NCBI RefSeq assembly: GCF_006345805.1
Contig: NC_043012.1
Span: 24,056,001-24,120,000 of the forward strand
Direction: 5' to 3'
From: Octopus sinensis
Taxonomy: Eukaryota
DNA length: 64,000 nt
This document shows positions 63,523-64,000 of this stretch, piece after piece. The translations under genes and the position numbers were made by a program. The notes beneath the pieces were generated by a model. That model ran no database searches and was not told where the DNA came from. It was given only the letters and a program-made list of their open reading frames with translations. Within the stretch, counting starts at the first letter, position 1; every line of letters starts with the position of its first letter.

Positions 63523-63895
63523 TATCATCATCATCATCGTTTAACGTCCATTCTACATGCTAGCATGGGTTGGACAGTTCGACCGGGTATCTGGGAAGCC
63601 AGAAGGCTGCACCAGGCTCCAGTCTGATCTGGCAGTTTCTACAGCTGGATGCCCTTCCTAACGCCAACCACTCCGTGAGTGTCGTGGGCGCCTTTTACGT
63701 GCCAGGCGAGGCTGCAAAGGCCACGATCGGATTGGTGCTTTTTACATGCCACCGGCACGGAAGCCAGTCAAGGCGGCGCTGGCATCAGCCATGTTCGGAT
63801 GGTGCTTTTTACGTGCCACCGGCATGGAAGCCAGTCTAGGCAGCGCTGGCATTGGCCACGTTTGGATGGTGCTTTTTACGTGCCACCAGCACAGG
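63523..63895 (-). mobile_element. Retroposon family B 3' end with internal tandem units
   Basis: (cat)n tail, then repeated ggatggtgctttttacgtgccacc(g/a)gca units. Confidence 0.88.
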
Positions 63896-64000
63896 GATCA
63901 CAACTGCAGTTCAAATTTTGGCACAAGGGCAGCCACTTTAAAGCAATTGCATTGACCCCACCCCTGTGCATAAGGCCTGAAATTTTGCAGGAGGAGGCAA

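Overview
This is repeat-saturated, AT-rich eukaryotic DNA. It is most likely an Octopus (coleoid cephalopod) locus, inferred from my recall of the SINE and retroposon families and not from a database search. Nearly all ORFs in the supplied track are translations of microsatellites or SINEs. The window holds the end of a 41-bp satellite array (1-2054), dozens of tRNA-derived SINEs (two families) and (GAT)n-tailed retroposon ends. It also holds decayed LINE fragments (one with a CCHC/restriction-like endonuclease, others RTE-like), several DNA-transposon MITE families (piggyBac/TTAA, hAT, mariner, pogo/Tigger) that are sometimes nested, long fold-back palindromes, a ~2-kb tandem duplication and a new ~202-bp satellite built from a SINE. 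The most interesting signal is a dispersed family of minimal type-I hammerhead-ribozyme-like motifs, with a palindromic stem III and a covarying stem I, in Penelope-like terminal fragments (six loci). Several splice-phase-consistent candidate exons on the + strand suggest up to three small or partial genes. I cannot assign any of them to a family, and all are low to moderate confidence.
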